This document shows positions 51,913 through 62,855 of a stretch of 64,000 nucleotides of DNA, one piece after another. Each line of letters opens with the position of its first letter. Positions within the stretch are counted from its first letter, which is position 1. The DNA is from an uncultured Methanolobus sp. Lineage in GTDB: Archaea; Halobacteriota; Methanosarcinia; Methanosarcinales; Methanosarcinaceae. The notes beneath the pieces were generated by a model. It had not been told where the DNA came from. It did no database searches and saw nothing but the letters and a program-made list of their open reading frames with translations. The stretch spans positions 1,696,001 to 1,760,000 of the forward strand of contig OY776215.1 of the NCBI GenBank assembly GCA_963675495.1, given 5' to 3'. The position numbers and the translations under genes were made by a program.

Positions 51913-52056
51913 AATAATAGCAGGTTAAAATGTAGATCATATTACAATAACATAACTTACAAAATGATTTTAAACCATAAACATTTTATTTTTTGCAAAT
52001 ATACTCCTTAACTCATAAATACATTCTTTTATTTGACCAGAACATAGGTAAGAATA

Positions 52057-52617
52057 ATGAACTTAAAAGACACTTTTCATAATTTCAAAGAAAGTGATAA
52101 CTTCTTTGTTTCACTTGCTAGGGACATTCTAACTGTCCTGTTAGCCGTATTGATATTTGCATCTTTCTCTCAAGTGGTCTTTGGGATGTGGACTCCTATG
52201 GTCGCTGTAGAATCAGGAAGCATGGAACCACACATGAATATCGGGGATATAATTTTTATCCAGAATATTGATCGAACACAAGTTATAACATATGAAGATG
52301 GCATGGATAACTACACATCCTTTGCCTATCCAGGAGATGTAATATTATACAAGCCCTATGGACAGGAAGGTGTCACACCTATTATTCACAGAGCAATGTA
52401 TTATGTCGAAGAGGGTGACACTATGTGGGAAGGAGGACCTGCTGCACCTCATGCCGGTTATATCACAAAAGGTGACAATAAAATAACGAATAAGTACTAT
52501 GATCAACAAGGACAGGTAAGTTACCAGATGCCTGTCAAAGAAGAATGGGTTATAGGCATCGCACGTTATAAGATTCCGTATATAGGATATCTCCGTTTGA
52601 TGATTCCAAGCTTCTAA
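52057..52617 (+). CDS. Signal peptidase I (S26/Sec11 type)
   Basis: VESGSMEP, GD, IIHR, TKGDN. Confidence 0.92.
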   Translation: MNLKDTFHNFKESDNFFVSLARDILTVLLAVLIFASFSQVVFGMWTPMVAVESGSMEPHMNIGDIIFIQNIDRTQVITYEDGMDNYTSFAYPGDVILYKPYGQEGVTPIIHRAMYYVEEGDTMWEGGPAAPHAGYITKGDNKITNKYYDQQGQVSYQMPVKEEWVIGIARYKIPYIGYLRLMIPSF

Positions 52618-52626
52618 ATTTTTTTA

Positions 52627-53862
52627 TCATAGATGTAGTTGAGTTGTGAGGACAGGTTTGAAGGATTCTAGTGGTTTGAGCCTGTAGTCCTCGAACAATA
52701 CTTTTTTTGTGCTGTTTATAGGAACGCTCAACACTATTTCTTTTGTTCTTCCATACCTGCCTTTACTTACGACAACAGCATTTACTATCCCAAGCATATC
52801 AAGTTCTGACATTAGATCCGTCACCCTGCGTTGTGTAAGGATGTCCATATCGACCTGCAAACATAACTGACGATATACGTTGTACACTTCACCTGTTGTT
52901 ACATTCTTATAACCATTATTTCTCAGTACCATTACACTGTAAAGCGCAAGTTTTGACTGAGTTGGAAGAGTCCGTACGACTTCAACTACACGATCGACCT
53001 CAATTTTTTCCTGGGCACCTTTTACATGTTGCTCTTCAACACGAGATTTACTCTCTCTTTCTGCAATTTCACCGGAAACTCTTAACAGATCAAGAGCACG
53101 CCTTGCATCACCATGCTCCTGAGCCGCAAAAGCAGCACATAAAGGAATGACCATATCATCAAGTGCATCAGGTTTGTAAGCAATCTTAGCTCTTTCATGA
53201 AGAATATCACTTATCTGATCAGCATCATAAGGTGGGAAAATAATTTCTTCTTCACCAAGCGAACTCTTGACCCTGGGATCAAGGAATTCAGTAAATTTAA
53301 GATCATTTGAAACTCCGATCATACTGACCTTTGAATTTTTAAGATCAGTATTGATTCTTGAAAGATTATATAGAACATCATCACCTTTCTTAATCAATTT
53401 ATCAATTTCGTCTAAAATTATAATGACAACTTGTTTTTCAGTATCAATTGTTTCTTTGAACTTGAAAAAGACCTGATCTGTTGGCCAACCAGTCATTGGA
53501 ACATCTTCTCCAAACTGACGTGTGAGATTTGCAAGAAGTCGATATTGAGTATCAATAACTTCACAATTAAGGTAAACGACTTTACAGGAGAGACCAAGTG
53601 TTTCTCCTTTTCTTTCCAGTTCGATCCCAACATTTCTGGTAACCGCAGTTTTACCTGTACCAGTCTTTCCATAAATAAGAATATTAGAAGGTGTATCTCC
53701 TCTGAGTGCTGAAACAAGAATTGACGCAAGACTATTGATCTGATCATCACGATGAACAAGTGAATCAGGAGTGTATGAATGCCTTAAAACCTCTTTATTT
53801 TTGAAAATAGGTTCATTTTCCAGAAGTTCCTGAAAAAGACCGTCTAATGATTTACTTTCCAT
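52627..53862 (-). CDS. cdc6: Orc1/Cdc6 replication initiator
   Basis: Walker A GKTGTGKT, Walker B LDEID, GDARRALD, C-terminal wHTH GRYGRT. Confidence 0.97.
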   Translation of the reverse strand: MESKSLDGLFQELLENEPIFKNKEVLRHSYTPDSLVHRDDQINSLASILVSALRGDTPSNILIYGKTGTGKTAVTRNVGIELERKGETLGLSCKVVYLNCEVIDTQYRLLANLTRQFGEDVPMTGWPTDQVFFKFKETIDTEKQVVIIILDEIDKLIKKGDDVLYNLSRINTDLKNSKVSMIGVSNDLKFTEFLDPRVKSSLGEEEIIFPPYDADQISDILHERAKIAYKPDALDDMVIPLCAAFAAQEHGDARRALDLLRVSGEIAERESKSRVEEQHVKGAQEKIEVDRVVEVVRTLPTQSKLALYSVMVLRNNGYKNVTTGEVYNVYRQLCLQVDMDILTQRRVTDLMSELDMLGIVNAVVVSKGRYGRTKEIVLSVPINSTKKVLFEDYRLKPLESFKPVLTTQLHL

Positions 53863-54006
53863 TTACTTATTCCACCCTATCCTAAAAATTTAAAGATGTT
53901 ATAATGCGATTAATTTAGAAGGACACAATCAATAATGTGATTGGTTTTTATCTCTTTATTCCAAACGCTACATTGGAAGGAGAGGTTATTAATGTTTATG
54001 GTTTAG

Positions 54007-54437
54007 ACCCCTTGGTTTCAACTGGAATCCAATATAAAAATGATACAATGTAATATAATCAATATGCGCAAAAACATCTAAAAAAATATAATTAGTTCTG
54101 TATATAAGCAAGTATGTTTCTCATGGAACTTAACCCCTTGATTTCAACTGGAGAGTTTATAAAGAACTGTGACCCTATGATTTCAACTGGAGTAGAAAAA
54201 AAAGATATGGACTATCTTTTTAAAAAATAGAAAAAAAAGATTTCAGTGTAAGTATCTGAATAATTGTATATAAAGCTTTCTCTCAGAATAATGAGTTTTT
54301 GGAACAAAATAGATTTGAGTTATTTTTTTAATGTATTTCCAGTTGAAACAATGGGGTAGCACATATGACTAAACTTTTTTAGAAATGTATGCCAAATTAA
54401 TTTTTTCATTTCAAGGTTCCAGTTGAAATGATGGGGT
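54007..54437. other. Replication origin oriC: five ORB elements around an AT-rich unwinding region
   Basis: TCCAGTTGAAA-N4-(A/G)GGGT on the minus strand at 54007-27, 54133-52 and 54172-91, and on the plus strand at 54337-57 and 54417-37; upstream of cdc6. Confidence 0.92.
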
Positions 54438-54730
54438 TACAGTACCAAATCTAGAACAAAATTTTAGTGCTTCTTCAGGCTTAAACTCATCCTAAAACAA
54501 AATATATATTTCATCATATTAAATAATCCAATGTTTGTACTACAACACATTTTATTTATCTTAACATAATCCTATTCCAAAATAAAAATTAAATAATACA
54601 AAAAAGAATTTGATAAGATACCATTAGCAAAGGAATCTAAAATAAAAAAAATTCAACATTTTTTTAAAACACTTTTCTGACAAATTTCTAACACAATTCT
54701 TTTAAATATCTTCTATTATTCATATAGCAA

Positions 54731-55876
54731 ATGAAAGAAACTGGCCTATCTGAAGAGGAAATAAGAAGTATCCTGAACGATTCAAAAAGGCAAGACCTAA
54801 AATATGAACGGGTACTAAGTTCTATGTGCACTTATCCTCACAAAATAGCTGTTGAAGCTCATACCCAGTTCATAGAATCGAACATGGGTGATTTTGGTCT
54901 TTTTCAAGGTACTTATAATTTGGAAAAAGAAGTACTTACTATGTTAAGTCATCTTTTGCACCACCCTGATGCATCAGGTTACACTACTACAGGTGGAACT
55001 GAATCGAATATCCAGGCCATACGTTCCATGCGGAACCTTTTCCTTCAGAGATCAAACTGCAATAAACCTAATCTTATTGTCCCGGATTCAGCTCATTTTT
55101 CTTTCGATAAAGTATCCGATATTCTTGATGTAGAATTGAGAAAAGCCAGGCTTGATGCTGATCTTAGAGTATCTGTTGATTCGGTTAAATCTCTTATAGA
55201 TGAAAATACAATAGGTCTTGTTGCTATAGCAGGCTCAACGGAATTTGGTCAGGTCGATCCTATTGGTAAACTATCTGAAATTGCGCTACAAAACAATATT
55301 TTTTTACATGTTGATGCTGCATTTGGTGGATTTGTCCTTCCATTTCTTGAGGAAAAGCATGAATTTGATTTCATGTTACCAGGTGTAACATCGATTGCGA
55401 TCGATCCACATAAAATGGGCCTGAGTACGATACCATCCGGTGTTCTTCTATTCAGGAATTTTGATTTTCTTCAAAGTCTCAAAGCAGATACTCCTTATCT
55501 GACAGTTTCCACCCAATATACTCTTACAGGAACCAGAAGTGGAGCTTCTGTTGCAGCAACATATGCAGTTATGAATTTTTTGGGAAAAGAGGGTTACAGA
55601 AAAATGGTTTCGCAATGTATGGACTTAACCCATTATCTTCTGAAAAGTCTTGCAGATATCGATATCTATCCACTAATTGAACCTGTAATGAATGTAGTTG
55701 CACTGGAAGTTCCAAAATCGGATATTGTCAGAAGCAGGCTTGCAAAAGAATTCAACTGGCAGGTTTCGATAACCCAGAATCCTCATGGTTTACGTCTTGT
55801 CATAATGCCCCATGTGACTTTTGAAATGATAGATTCTTTTGTGCAAGATCTGAAACAGGTTCTTCAGACAATCTAA
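54731..55876 (+). CDS. mfnA: L-tyrosine/L-aspartate decarboxylase MfnA
   Basis: [28 protein letters not shown] (PLP lysine), GTRSG. Confidence 0.92.
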   Translation: MKETGLSEEEIRSILNDSKRQDLKYERVLSSMCTYPHKIAVEAHTQFIESNMGDFGLFQGTYNLEKEVLTMLSHLLHHPDASGYTTTGGTESNIQAIRSMRNLFLQRSNCNKPNLIVPDSAHFSFDKVSDILDVELRKARLDADLRVSVDSVKSLIDENTIGLVAIAGSTEFGQVDPIGKLSEIALQNNIFLHVDAAFGGFVLPFLEEKHEFDFMLPGVTSIAIDPHKMGLSTIPSGVLLFRNFDFLQSLKADTPYLTVSTQYTLTGTRSGASVAATYAVMNFLGKEGYRKMVSQCMDLTHYLLKSLADIDIYPLIEPVMNVVALEVPKSDIVRSRLAKEFNWQVSITQNPHGLRLVIMPHVTFEMIDSFVQDLKQVLQTI

Positions 55877-55925
55877 TTTGGTTGAAATTCAAAATAAAAA
55901 ATGGATATTTGAAAAATAAAAATTT

Positions 55926-55996
55926 GAGGGGATGAGGCTAGATGGCACCTGGCCTTGAAACGTGTAAGGCGTGTGTTCATCTTGCCCGTCTTATTC
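55926..55996 (+). ncRNA. Candidate structured RNA hairpin
   Basis: GC-rich island that folds by hand into a ~70-nt stem with several G-U pairs on the plus strand. Confidence 0.3.
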
Positions 55997-56125
55997 TAAA
56001 ATAGATCATTTTTACATATACCCTTAAGCCAAGCAGGGTGAAAGTATTCTATAATACTATTTTATGGGTCTAACTTCACATAAAAATTAGATAAAAATAA
56101 ATATGAACCCATCTAACATGTTGTC

Positions 56126-57217
56126 ATGAATACTTCATTGAAGATTGGAAGCATTATGGGAATACCTATTAAGCTTCATATTACTTTTTTATTGATTCTT
56201 CCAGTTTTTGCTCTTGTTTTTGCCACAAATCCGCAACCCTATGGTTTTGCAGATGTAGGTTCAAGTACTGAGGTTTATGCTCTGTCCCTTTTAACAACAA
56301 TATTGTTATTTGGCTGTATTCTGCTCCATGAGCTAGGTCATTCTTACATAGCTAAAAGTTATGGTGTTGAGATCAAGGATATAACCTTGTTGTTATTTGG
56401 TGGCGTTTCTTCCATGGAAGAGATTCCCAGGAATCCTTCCCAGGAATTTAAGATGGCATTTGCAGGACCATTTGTAAGCCTGGTCATAGGTTTTGGTCTT
56501 CTCGCATTACACATAATGGCTATTTCATTCATACCATCGTACAGTGGTACTTCCATTTATCTAATGGTGGGAATCCTGGCTTCTATCAATATAGTCCTGG
56601 CGATTTTTAATTTGCTTCCGGCTTTTCCCATGGATGGGGGAAGGCTTCTTCGTGCCTGGTATGCAAAAAGAATGAGCTATGTAAAAGCAACTCATTATGC
56701 TGCTTACATTGGTAAGATGTTCGCTTTTCTTATGGGTGTCATTGGTTTGTTCTCAAATCCATGGCTCATTTTGATAGCCTTTTTTGTTTACATTGGTGCC
56801 TCCGAAGAGGACAAACAAACAACTGTGTCAGTAAGTCTTGAAAAGCACAAGGTTGAAAATGTAATGTCAAAGGAAGTAGTTTCGGTTCTCCCTGAAATGA
56901 CAGTAGAGGATCTCTCACATTTTATGTTTGAGAAAAAACATTTGGGATATCCTGTAATTAAAGGCAATTCTTTAAAAGGGATTGTGACCTTTACAGACAT
57001 ACGTAATGTTCTTCCGCATGAGCGCTATGCAACCCTTGTGTCCGATGTCATGACAAAGGATGTGATCTCATTACCTTCAGGTGCCAATGCGGCAGAAGCT
57101 TTCAAAACAATGACTGTCAACAATATAGGTCGTGTTCTGATAGTAGACGATGATACTGTAAAAGGTATCCTTTCCAGAACAGATCTTATGCGATTATTAA
57201 TGTTAGAGAGTGAATAA
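56126..57217 (+). CDS. Site-2 protease (M50) with C-terminal CBS domains
   Basis: HELGH, NLLPAFPMDGG, two CBS repeats. Confidence 0.93.
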   Translation: MNTSLKIGSIMGIPIKLHITFLLILPVFALVFATNPQPYGFADVGSSTEVYALSLLTTILLFGCILLHELGHSYIAKSYGVEIKDITLLLFGGVSSMEEIPRNPSQEFKMAFAGPFVSLVIGFGLLALHIMAISFIPSYSGTSIYLMVGILASINIVLAIFNLLPAFPMDGGRLLRAWYAKRMSYVKATHYAAYIGKMFAFLMGVIGLFSNPWLILIAFFVYIGASEEDKQTTVSVSLEKHKVENVMSKEVVSVLPEMTVEDLSHFMFEKKHLGYPVIKGNSLKGIVTFTDIRNVLPHERYATLVSDVMTKDVISLPSGANAAEAFKTMTVNNIGRVLIVDDDTVKGILSRTDLMRLLMLESE

Positions 57218-58655
57218 TTTTAGTAGTCTTAAAAGAGGATCTACATTGAAAAATGATAATTTGAGTGATTCACAGGAAAATGTTTCCGCTTACAATTACA
57301 ATAGCAGTGGCGGTAATTTGTACACGGAAGAGGATTCTGGAGAATCATCATTTTCAAGCTCAGGCCCAACTGAGATCGAAGTGATAAAAGAATTCATAGA
57401 GCCTGAAGAAGCAATTTCAGGTTCAGATTCTGAAAATATTAAAAAACCCACTGAGATTATACTTGTGGGAACAGCCCATGTGTCTGAAAAGAGTGTCAGG
57501 GAAGTAAATACGGCTATTGAAAGGGAAAAACCGGATATTGTTGCTGTAGAACTTTGCAGACCTAGATTTGAGGCAATCAAGGGCAATGTTCAAAATAGTG
57601 ACATACCTGTAAAAGAACTTCTCAAAGAAGGAAAGGTCTATTTCTATCTTGTACACATGCTGCTGGCTCATATCCAGAAGAAATTCGCTGATGACATGGG
57701 TGTGCAACCTGGTGCTGAAATGATAAGCGCTATTGAGGCCGCAGAAGCAAGTGGTGCACAGATCCTTCTTATTGATCGGGATATCCAGATAACTTTGCAG
57801 CGTTTCTGGGGCAAGATGGGTTTCATTGAGAAGCTGAAGATGCTTGCAGGTCTGATAGCTGCGGTTCTTGGCATTGGTGGCACCAAGGATATCGATATGG
57901 ATACGATCACAAATCAGGACATGGTTTCCATGCTTGTGGAAGAGTTCAGGGAAACATCACCAAATGCTGTCAAGGTCCTTATCGATGAAAGGGATGCATA
58001 CATGGCCAATAATCTTGTGCGGGCTGCTATTGGTGGCAATAAAAAGATCGTTGCTGTTGTAGGTGCAGGCCACAGGGCAGGTATCCAGCGTTATCTTGAG
58101 AATCCCAAGACCATCCCCACAGCTAATTATGCAGTAGAAGCCCCAAAAAAGCGATTTAGCATAATGAAATTGTTCGGAGTTTTGGTCGTTGCAATTGCCC
58201 TTGGAACCTTTGCATTGCTTATTCTGTCGGGAGTTCCGCTTGGAACCCTTGCTATTGCGTTTGGCTGGTGGTTCATCATAAACGGAGTGCTCAGCGCTGC
58301 CGGAGCAATCATTGCAAGAGGTCATCCGTATTCTGTGCTCACTGCTTTTTCGGTCGCATGGCTCACATCCCTGAACCCGATGATGGCAGCCGGATGGTTC
58401 GCAGGTCTGACAGAAGCTAAATACCGAAGTCCTACCACTGATGACTTCAAAGAGCTGGTTGAGATCGAGACAACCGATGACATGATGAAGAACAATCTCT
58501 TCCGTGTGGTAATGGTTGCAGCTCTGGCAAACCTTGGAAGTATGATAGGTACTTTCCTTGGTGTCTATGTAATGCTTGAGGTCACGGGAATTAATCCTAA
58601 GGAAATTATCCAGAACGGTATTAGTGCAGGACTTATGGCTATTGGAATGGGATAA
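57210..58655 (+). CDS. TraB/GumN family protein
   Basis: LVGTAHVS, VAVELC, LIDERD, VVGAGH, C-terminal TM region; start uncertain. Confidence 0.9.
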   Translation: MNNFSSLKRGSTLKNDNLSDSQENVSAYNYNSSGGNLYTEEDSGESSFSSSGPTEIEVIKEFIEPEEAISGSDSENIKKPTEIILVGTAHVSEKSVREVNTAIEREKPDIVAVELCRPRFEAIKGNVQNSDIPVKELLKEGKVYFYLVHMLLAHIQKKFADDMGVQPGAEMISAIEAAEASGAQILLIDRDIQITLQRFWGKMGFIEKLKMLAGLIAAVLGIGGTKDIDMDTITNQDMVSMLVEEFRETSPNAVKVLIDERDAYMANNLVRAAIGGNKKIVAVVGAGHRAGIQRYLENPKTIPTANYAVEAPKKRFSIMKLFGVLVVAIALGTFALLILSGVPLGTLAIAFGWWFIINGVLSAAGAIIARGHPYSVLTAFSVAWLTSLNPMMAAGWFAGLTEAKYRSPTTDDFKELVEIETTDDMMKNNLFRVVMVAALANLGSMIGTFLGVYVMLEVTGINPKEIIQNGISAGLMAIGMG

Positions 58656-58702
58656 TATTAATTCTTAGATCCCAATCCATTTTCTTTTTTGGATACATAC
58701 AC

Positions 58703-60007
58703 TCAATTATTTTTTTTAATACCAATTTCCTCAAATTTATCTGCAAGCCGATAGGATATGTCAGAAAGATAAGCTGTTCCCCACGTAGCTGCAAGGATAG
58801 CACCCAACATATCGAACACAAGGTCAATCATCGTATCGTGGATTCCATGCTGGGCCAGTATGGCCTCGTAACCAAGTCTTGACGTTAGCTCATCACTCGT
58901 GAATTCTAATATTTCCCACAAAACTCCAGTCGCAAGTATGAACAATAGAATAAAAAGGAACAATACTTTCGGTGGTATATAGATCTCATCGACATAGATA
59001 TCGATAGCTCTTATAAGCGTATATCCGGCAGCTGCCACAACGCATGCTGAAAGCGCATGGGTTATATTATCCCATCTCAGGATATTATCATAAAATGCAA
59101 AGGTCCCAATTAAATGAAGGAAAACAGCAAATGTGATCCATAAAGTAAGTCCGGTATCATGGGGAATATCATACTTGCGTGTGATAAAATACGGTACAAA
59201 AGTGAGGGTCAGACCTGCAGTTGCATTTATGGTTGTAGACAGGTCTTTTAAAATAATCCCTGCTATCAACAGCATGAAAAGAATTACCTGCATTATTCTT
59301 GTTGCAAGCTTCTGTTTTTCGTCAGAGATACCAAGTAATCTGCGAATAGGTGCAGGTGGTCTGGATGTAATATAATCAGTTGCCTCTTCGGACATTTGGA
59401 TAGGAACTTTGACATTGCCTGATTCTCTGGCTGATCTGAAGTACCAGCCAAAAAATGCTCCAGCTACAACACCGGTTATCGTGGCGTAGATGAATTCATA
59501 CATCACAGCGTCATTTATAGCGTCAGGTGTGCGTCCATCAAGGAGATAGCCAGTTCCAAAATTCATATCCAAAAGCCATTGCACCAGATGCCAGAGACCT
59601 GATATTGCAAGTGTTGCAGTAATGACAAGGAGTGTGGCGAATTTGGTATTCATCTTAACAGAAGTGAACCAACTTATTTCAGCTGCTACCAGCAGTGCGA
59701 TGGTAGCTACTGAAAGATAAAATGGTATGCTGGTGGAAAAGAAATAGTAAGCTGTCGAACTTCCGACAATGGGTATGATCGCTAATACAATGAAATACCA
59801 TGAAGGCATAACCGAGAGCTTGCGCATTATAATTGCGGGTGCTATTATTATGCATATCACAAAAGCAATAAGTATCGTCCACATGAACCTGCCGTAGATA
59901 AAATTCCCGATACACAGCAATGAAAGCATCAACACCATTGACCATCCGGCAAATGCATTGAGGGTTGTGTTCTTCAGAAGTTTGCTGAGTTTGTCTATTG
60001 GTTCCAT
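58703..60007 (-). CDS. Multi-pass membrane protein of unknown function with two related halves
   Basis: About 12 TM; WDNITHALS / LWEILEF / DTMIDLVFD motifs in the second half, degenerate in the first. Confidence 0.75.
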   Translation of the reverse strand: MEPIDKLSKLLKNTTLNAFAGWSMVLMLSLLCIGNFIYGRFMWTILIAFVICIIIAPAIIMRKLSVMPSWYFIVLAIIPIVGSSTAYYFFSTSIPFYLSVATIALLVAAEISWFTSVKMNTKFATLLVITATLAISGLWHLVQWLLDMNFGTGYLLDGRTPDAINDAVMYEFIYATITGVVAGAFFGWYFRSARESGNVKVPIQMSEEATDYITSRPPAPIRRLLGISDEKQKLATRIMQVILFMLLIAGIILKDLSTTINATAGLTLTFVPYFITRKYDIPHDTGLTLWITFAVFLHLIGTFAFYDNILRWDNITHALSACVVAAAGYTLIRAIDIYVDEIYIPPKVLFLFILLFILATGVLWEILEFTSDELTSRLGYEAILAQHGIHDTMIDLVFDMLGAILAATWGTAYLSDISYRLADKFEEIGIKKNN

Positions 60008-60135
60008 GATGATTCAGTCTATTATGGATGTTGCTCTCAGATAATCCTGCATTCCTGTCATATCTATTGAGTTTATTCAAATCATTTCAGAAAAAGAATG
60101 TGGGTCAAAAAAGAAAAGAAAAATGGAAAGAACCT

Positions 60136-61029
60136 TTAACAAAGGTCTTTCAAATGGAACTGGTACTTACCAAGCTTTCCGCCGTAGTTTCCTGCGGTGA
60201 TCTTTGAAACACCTGGAACTGCAACAGCTGCTTCGACACCAGCCTTCATTGCCTTCTGGATAGCATCCTCGTCAAGACCATTGATGACAAGCTCGTAAAC
60301 TGCCTTTACACCTTCTGGGATCTCAGTGCCTTCTACCTTGTCCCTGATGGATGGGCAGAACTTCTCGTTTGCAGTTGCCTTCATGAACTTGTAGTTGTTA
60401 AAACCTGCCTTGGAACCACTTGCAACAATTCCGCCTGGGAATGGGGTGATTGTACCGTCAAGGTCCTTGATAGCTTCTACTGCAACTTCTGCTGCTGTTA
60501 GTGCTGTCATCTGGCTGTCACCGAAGATAAAGAAGTTACCGCCTGCGATACCTGCAACAGCGCCGATGTTCTCTTCTACAAGGAAGTCACCCTCCATGAT
60601 CGGGACACTGTGCATCTTGCGGCCATCGATCTGCGTTTCGGATTCCATTCCGTCACCGAAGAACTTGAGTTTGAAGCCTACGTTGAACTGCTTCTCAGCA
60701 TCTGGAAGCCCATTGAAAACAGCTGTTGTTGGAGCTGTAAGTATGCACTGTCCGATGCGCTCAAGTAACTGGTGTTCAAGTGCTTCGTATCCGAAGGTGC
60801 AGATCTGGATGTAAACACCAGGTCTTCCGTCAGGTGTCTCGTCAGGACCAACGAACTTTTCGATTCCTGCTTCTGCAGGGCACATAATAACAGATGTTCC
60901 AAATCCGGTTGCTTCAAGTGCAGCTACTTCAGCCCAGTGTTTTGTTGCTGCGGTGATAAGTATTCTTGAAATTTTGATTGGAAACGCTTCTGCAAAAGTA
61001 TCTTCGATTTCTACTCCATTGATATCCAT
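60136..61029 (-). CDS. ftr: Formylmethanofuran--tetrahydromethanopterin N-formyltransferase
   Basis: [33 protein letters not shown]. Confidence 0.97.
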   Translation of the reverse strand: MDINGVEIEDTFAEAFPIKISRILITAATKHWAEVAALEATGFGTSVIMCPAEAGIEKFVGPDETPDGRPGVYIQICTFGYEALEHQLLERIGQCILTAPTTAVFNGLPDAEKQFNVGFKLKFFGDGMESETQIDGRKMHSVPIMEGDFLVEENIGAVAGIAGGNFFIFGDSQMTALTAAEVAVEAIKDLDGTITPFPGGIVASGSKAGFNNYKFMKATANEKFCPSIRDKVEGTEIPEGVKAVYELVINGLDEDAIQKAMKAGVEAAVAVPGVSKITAGNYGGKLGKYQFHLKDLC

Positions 61030-61138
61030 AATAATCCCTTGGTTTAAATTAAAATTATAGTTGTGAATATATTACATGTCAACCCAACTATAGCATAATA
61101 CAACACAATTACAATACATATACTCTTCGAAAAGGAAC

Positions 61139-62815
61139 TTATCTTCCACCTGACTTGCGATATGTTTTATCAAAAAGTGCAAACATTTCCCTGTCAATTT
61201 CCCTGTATTTACCGATCTCAAAGACCGCTTCATTAACAAAAATGGAAATAGAATCAATATTTGAAAGTTTTGCAAAGCTTTTTGAAGAACTTGCAGTGGA
61301 TTCAACCATCTGTTCCTTGATGGATATCTCACAAACTGCGAGTATTGAATTAACAGCATTTGATGCCTGCTCATCAAGATTATTTTCTGCCGCAACTGTG
61401 CAGAAATGCTCCATGACCGGAATTATCCTTGAAACATTATCATCAGAATGTTTTCTTGCGGCAACAACTCCGATATCCTTCAAGGCCGCTGTCACATCGA
61501 CTACAGAGCCTTTTCCAAATATTTCTCCAATTTCTTTCAGTGTCTCTATCACTTTATCGAGACAATCGTGCTTTTTCAGATCGGGATATTCGTGAATGGT
61601 TTTTATTCCAATGTCCCTTAATGTATAGATTATCAGTTTTTTCAGATGGTCCTGATCTTTATTGTCGACAGTTCTTGCAAAATCAATAAGGACTTTCCTG
61701 ATATTCTCAAGAGTAGCAGAATCCCTGTTTACCGCAGCATCGAGAGCTATCTTCTTCAAGAGGACTACTGAATTCTCGGTGGGCTCCAACATCTCTTTTT
61801 TCGCAGCTGCGATTCCAATGCCACCTGTTGAGATTGAAAGTTCATGCATTGGAGTGGATACTACCTTGTTGGTAACAATGTCAACAATGTCTTTTGGGTT
61901 TTTTGAACGTTTTATCAATTCCAGTTTACCCAGTTTTGCGAAATGTTCTCTATCCCTGTACATTTCAAAAAAACTGGTCATACTGTTTATGGTATGCAAC
62001 GTGAAACTCTCCATATCTGCCTTTGAACACTGTTTTCCAATAGAACCAAAAGCATCGATAATTTCTATCAGTGCAAATCTATCTTTTTCATCTCCTGCAA
62101 GGATAGCAAGTTGGTACAGGTGCGCATTCAAGTGTTTTATGATGAGAGCTTTGTTCCCGCTTGATGCCAAAACTTTTGTACATATTTCAGGTATCTCCCT
62201 GATACCTACAGTTGAAACAAAGTTGTCCTTGTTCCTGGTGGCTCCACGTATAAGATCGATAACAGGTTGTAGAGGGTCGATATTTTCTGTACCCTTTTCC
62301 AGTTTTCTGTAGCTTTCATTCATATCATATATCTGCAGGTCTCTGGTAAACTTCTCAAAATCAATTTTGACAGTTTCTGTCCTGAGGTAGTCGGCTAAAA
62401 GGAAAGCTAGTACTGACAGGATAAAACAATATGTAAGGAGAATCGCCATACCTGTTGGCCTGAACGTTCCCAGAAAATGCATAATTGATGCAGCCAGGGC
62501 AAATGTTCCGATGGTGTAGGAAAACATGTCAGTTAAAGCGTCTTTCTTTCCCGCCAGCCAGAGGGATGCGATCCAGAAAAGTGCAAAACAGGTTGCAAGA
62601 ACGATATTGTTCCAGAAAAAGTCCATTTGCTGATCCTTAAGTAAATTTGCAATAAATCCAAGCTGAATTACCAAAGCTCCAATAGCAAGATCAGCACCTA
62701 CATCCCTAATATTTATCTTAAGATAGTTCTTCACTAGAATATCTGCAAAAAGGAAGAAGGATATTACACCACTTATAAGTGCCGTGTCAACAATATCTGG
62801 TATCAGGATCTGCAT
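61139..62815 (-). CDS. Hypothetical membrane protein: N-terminal TM bundle plus helical-repeat cytoplasmic domain
   Basis: About 5 TM, then repeated amphipathic helices (L.DIG / L.EIG). Start set at MQILIP. Confidence 0.75.
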   Translation of the reverse strand: MQILIPDIVDTALISGVISFFLFADILVKNYLKINIRDVGADLAIGALVIQLGFIANLLKDQQMDFFWNNIVLATCFALFWIASLWLAGKKDALTDMFSYTIGTFALAASIMHFLGTFRPTGMAILLTYCFILSVLAFLLADYLRTETVKIDFEKFTRDLQIYDMNESYRKLEKGTENIDPLQPVIDLIRGATRNKDNFVSTVGIREIPEICTKVLASSGNKALIIKHLNAHLYQLAILAGDEKDRFALIEIIDAFGSIGKQCSKADMESFTLHTINSMTSFFEMYRDREHFAKLGKLELIKRSKNPKDIVDIVTNKVVSTPMHELSISTGGIGIAAAKKEMLEPTENSVVLLKKIALDAAVNRDSATLENIRKVLIDFARTVDNKDQDHLKKLIIYTLRDIGIKTIHEYPDLKKHDCLDKVIETLKEIGEIFGKGSVVDVTAALKDIGVVAARKHSDDNVSRIIPVMEHFCTVAAENNLDEQASNAVNSILAVCEISIKEQMVESTASSSKSFAKLSNIDSISIFVNEAVFEIGKYREIDREMFALFDKTYRKSGGR

Positions 62816-62855
62816 GAGAATATATTGTACATGTTTATTTATATATATATTGAAA

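Noticed and set aside
54007-54437. Repeats as a CRISPR array
   Set aside because: Irregular spacing, both orientations and the ORB consensus next to cdc6; no cas genes in the window.
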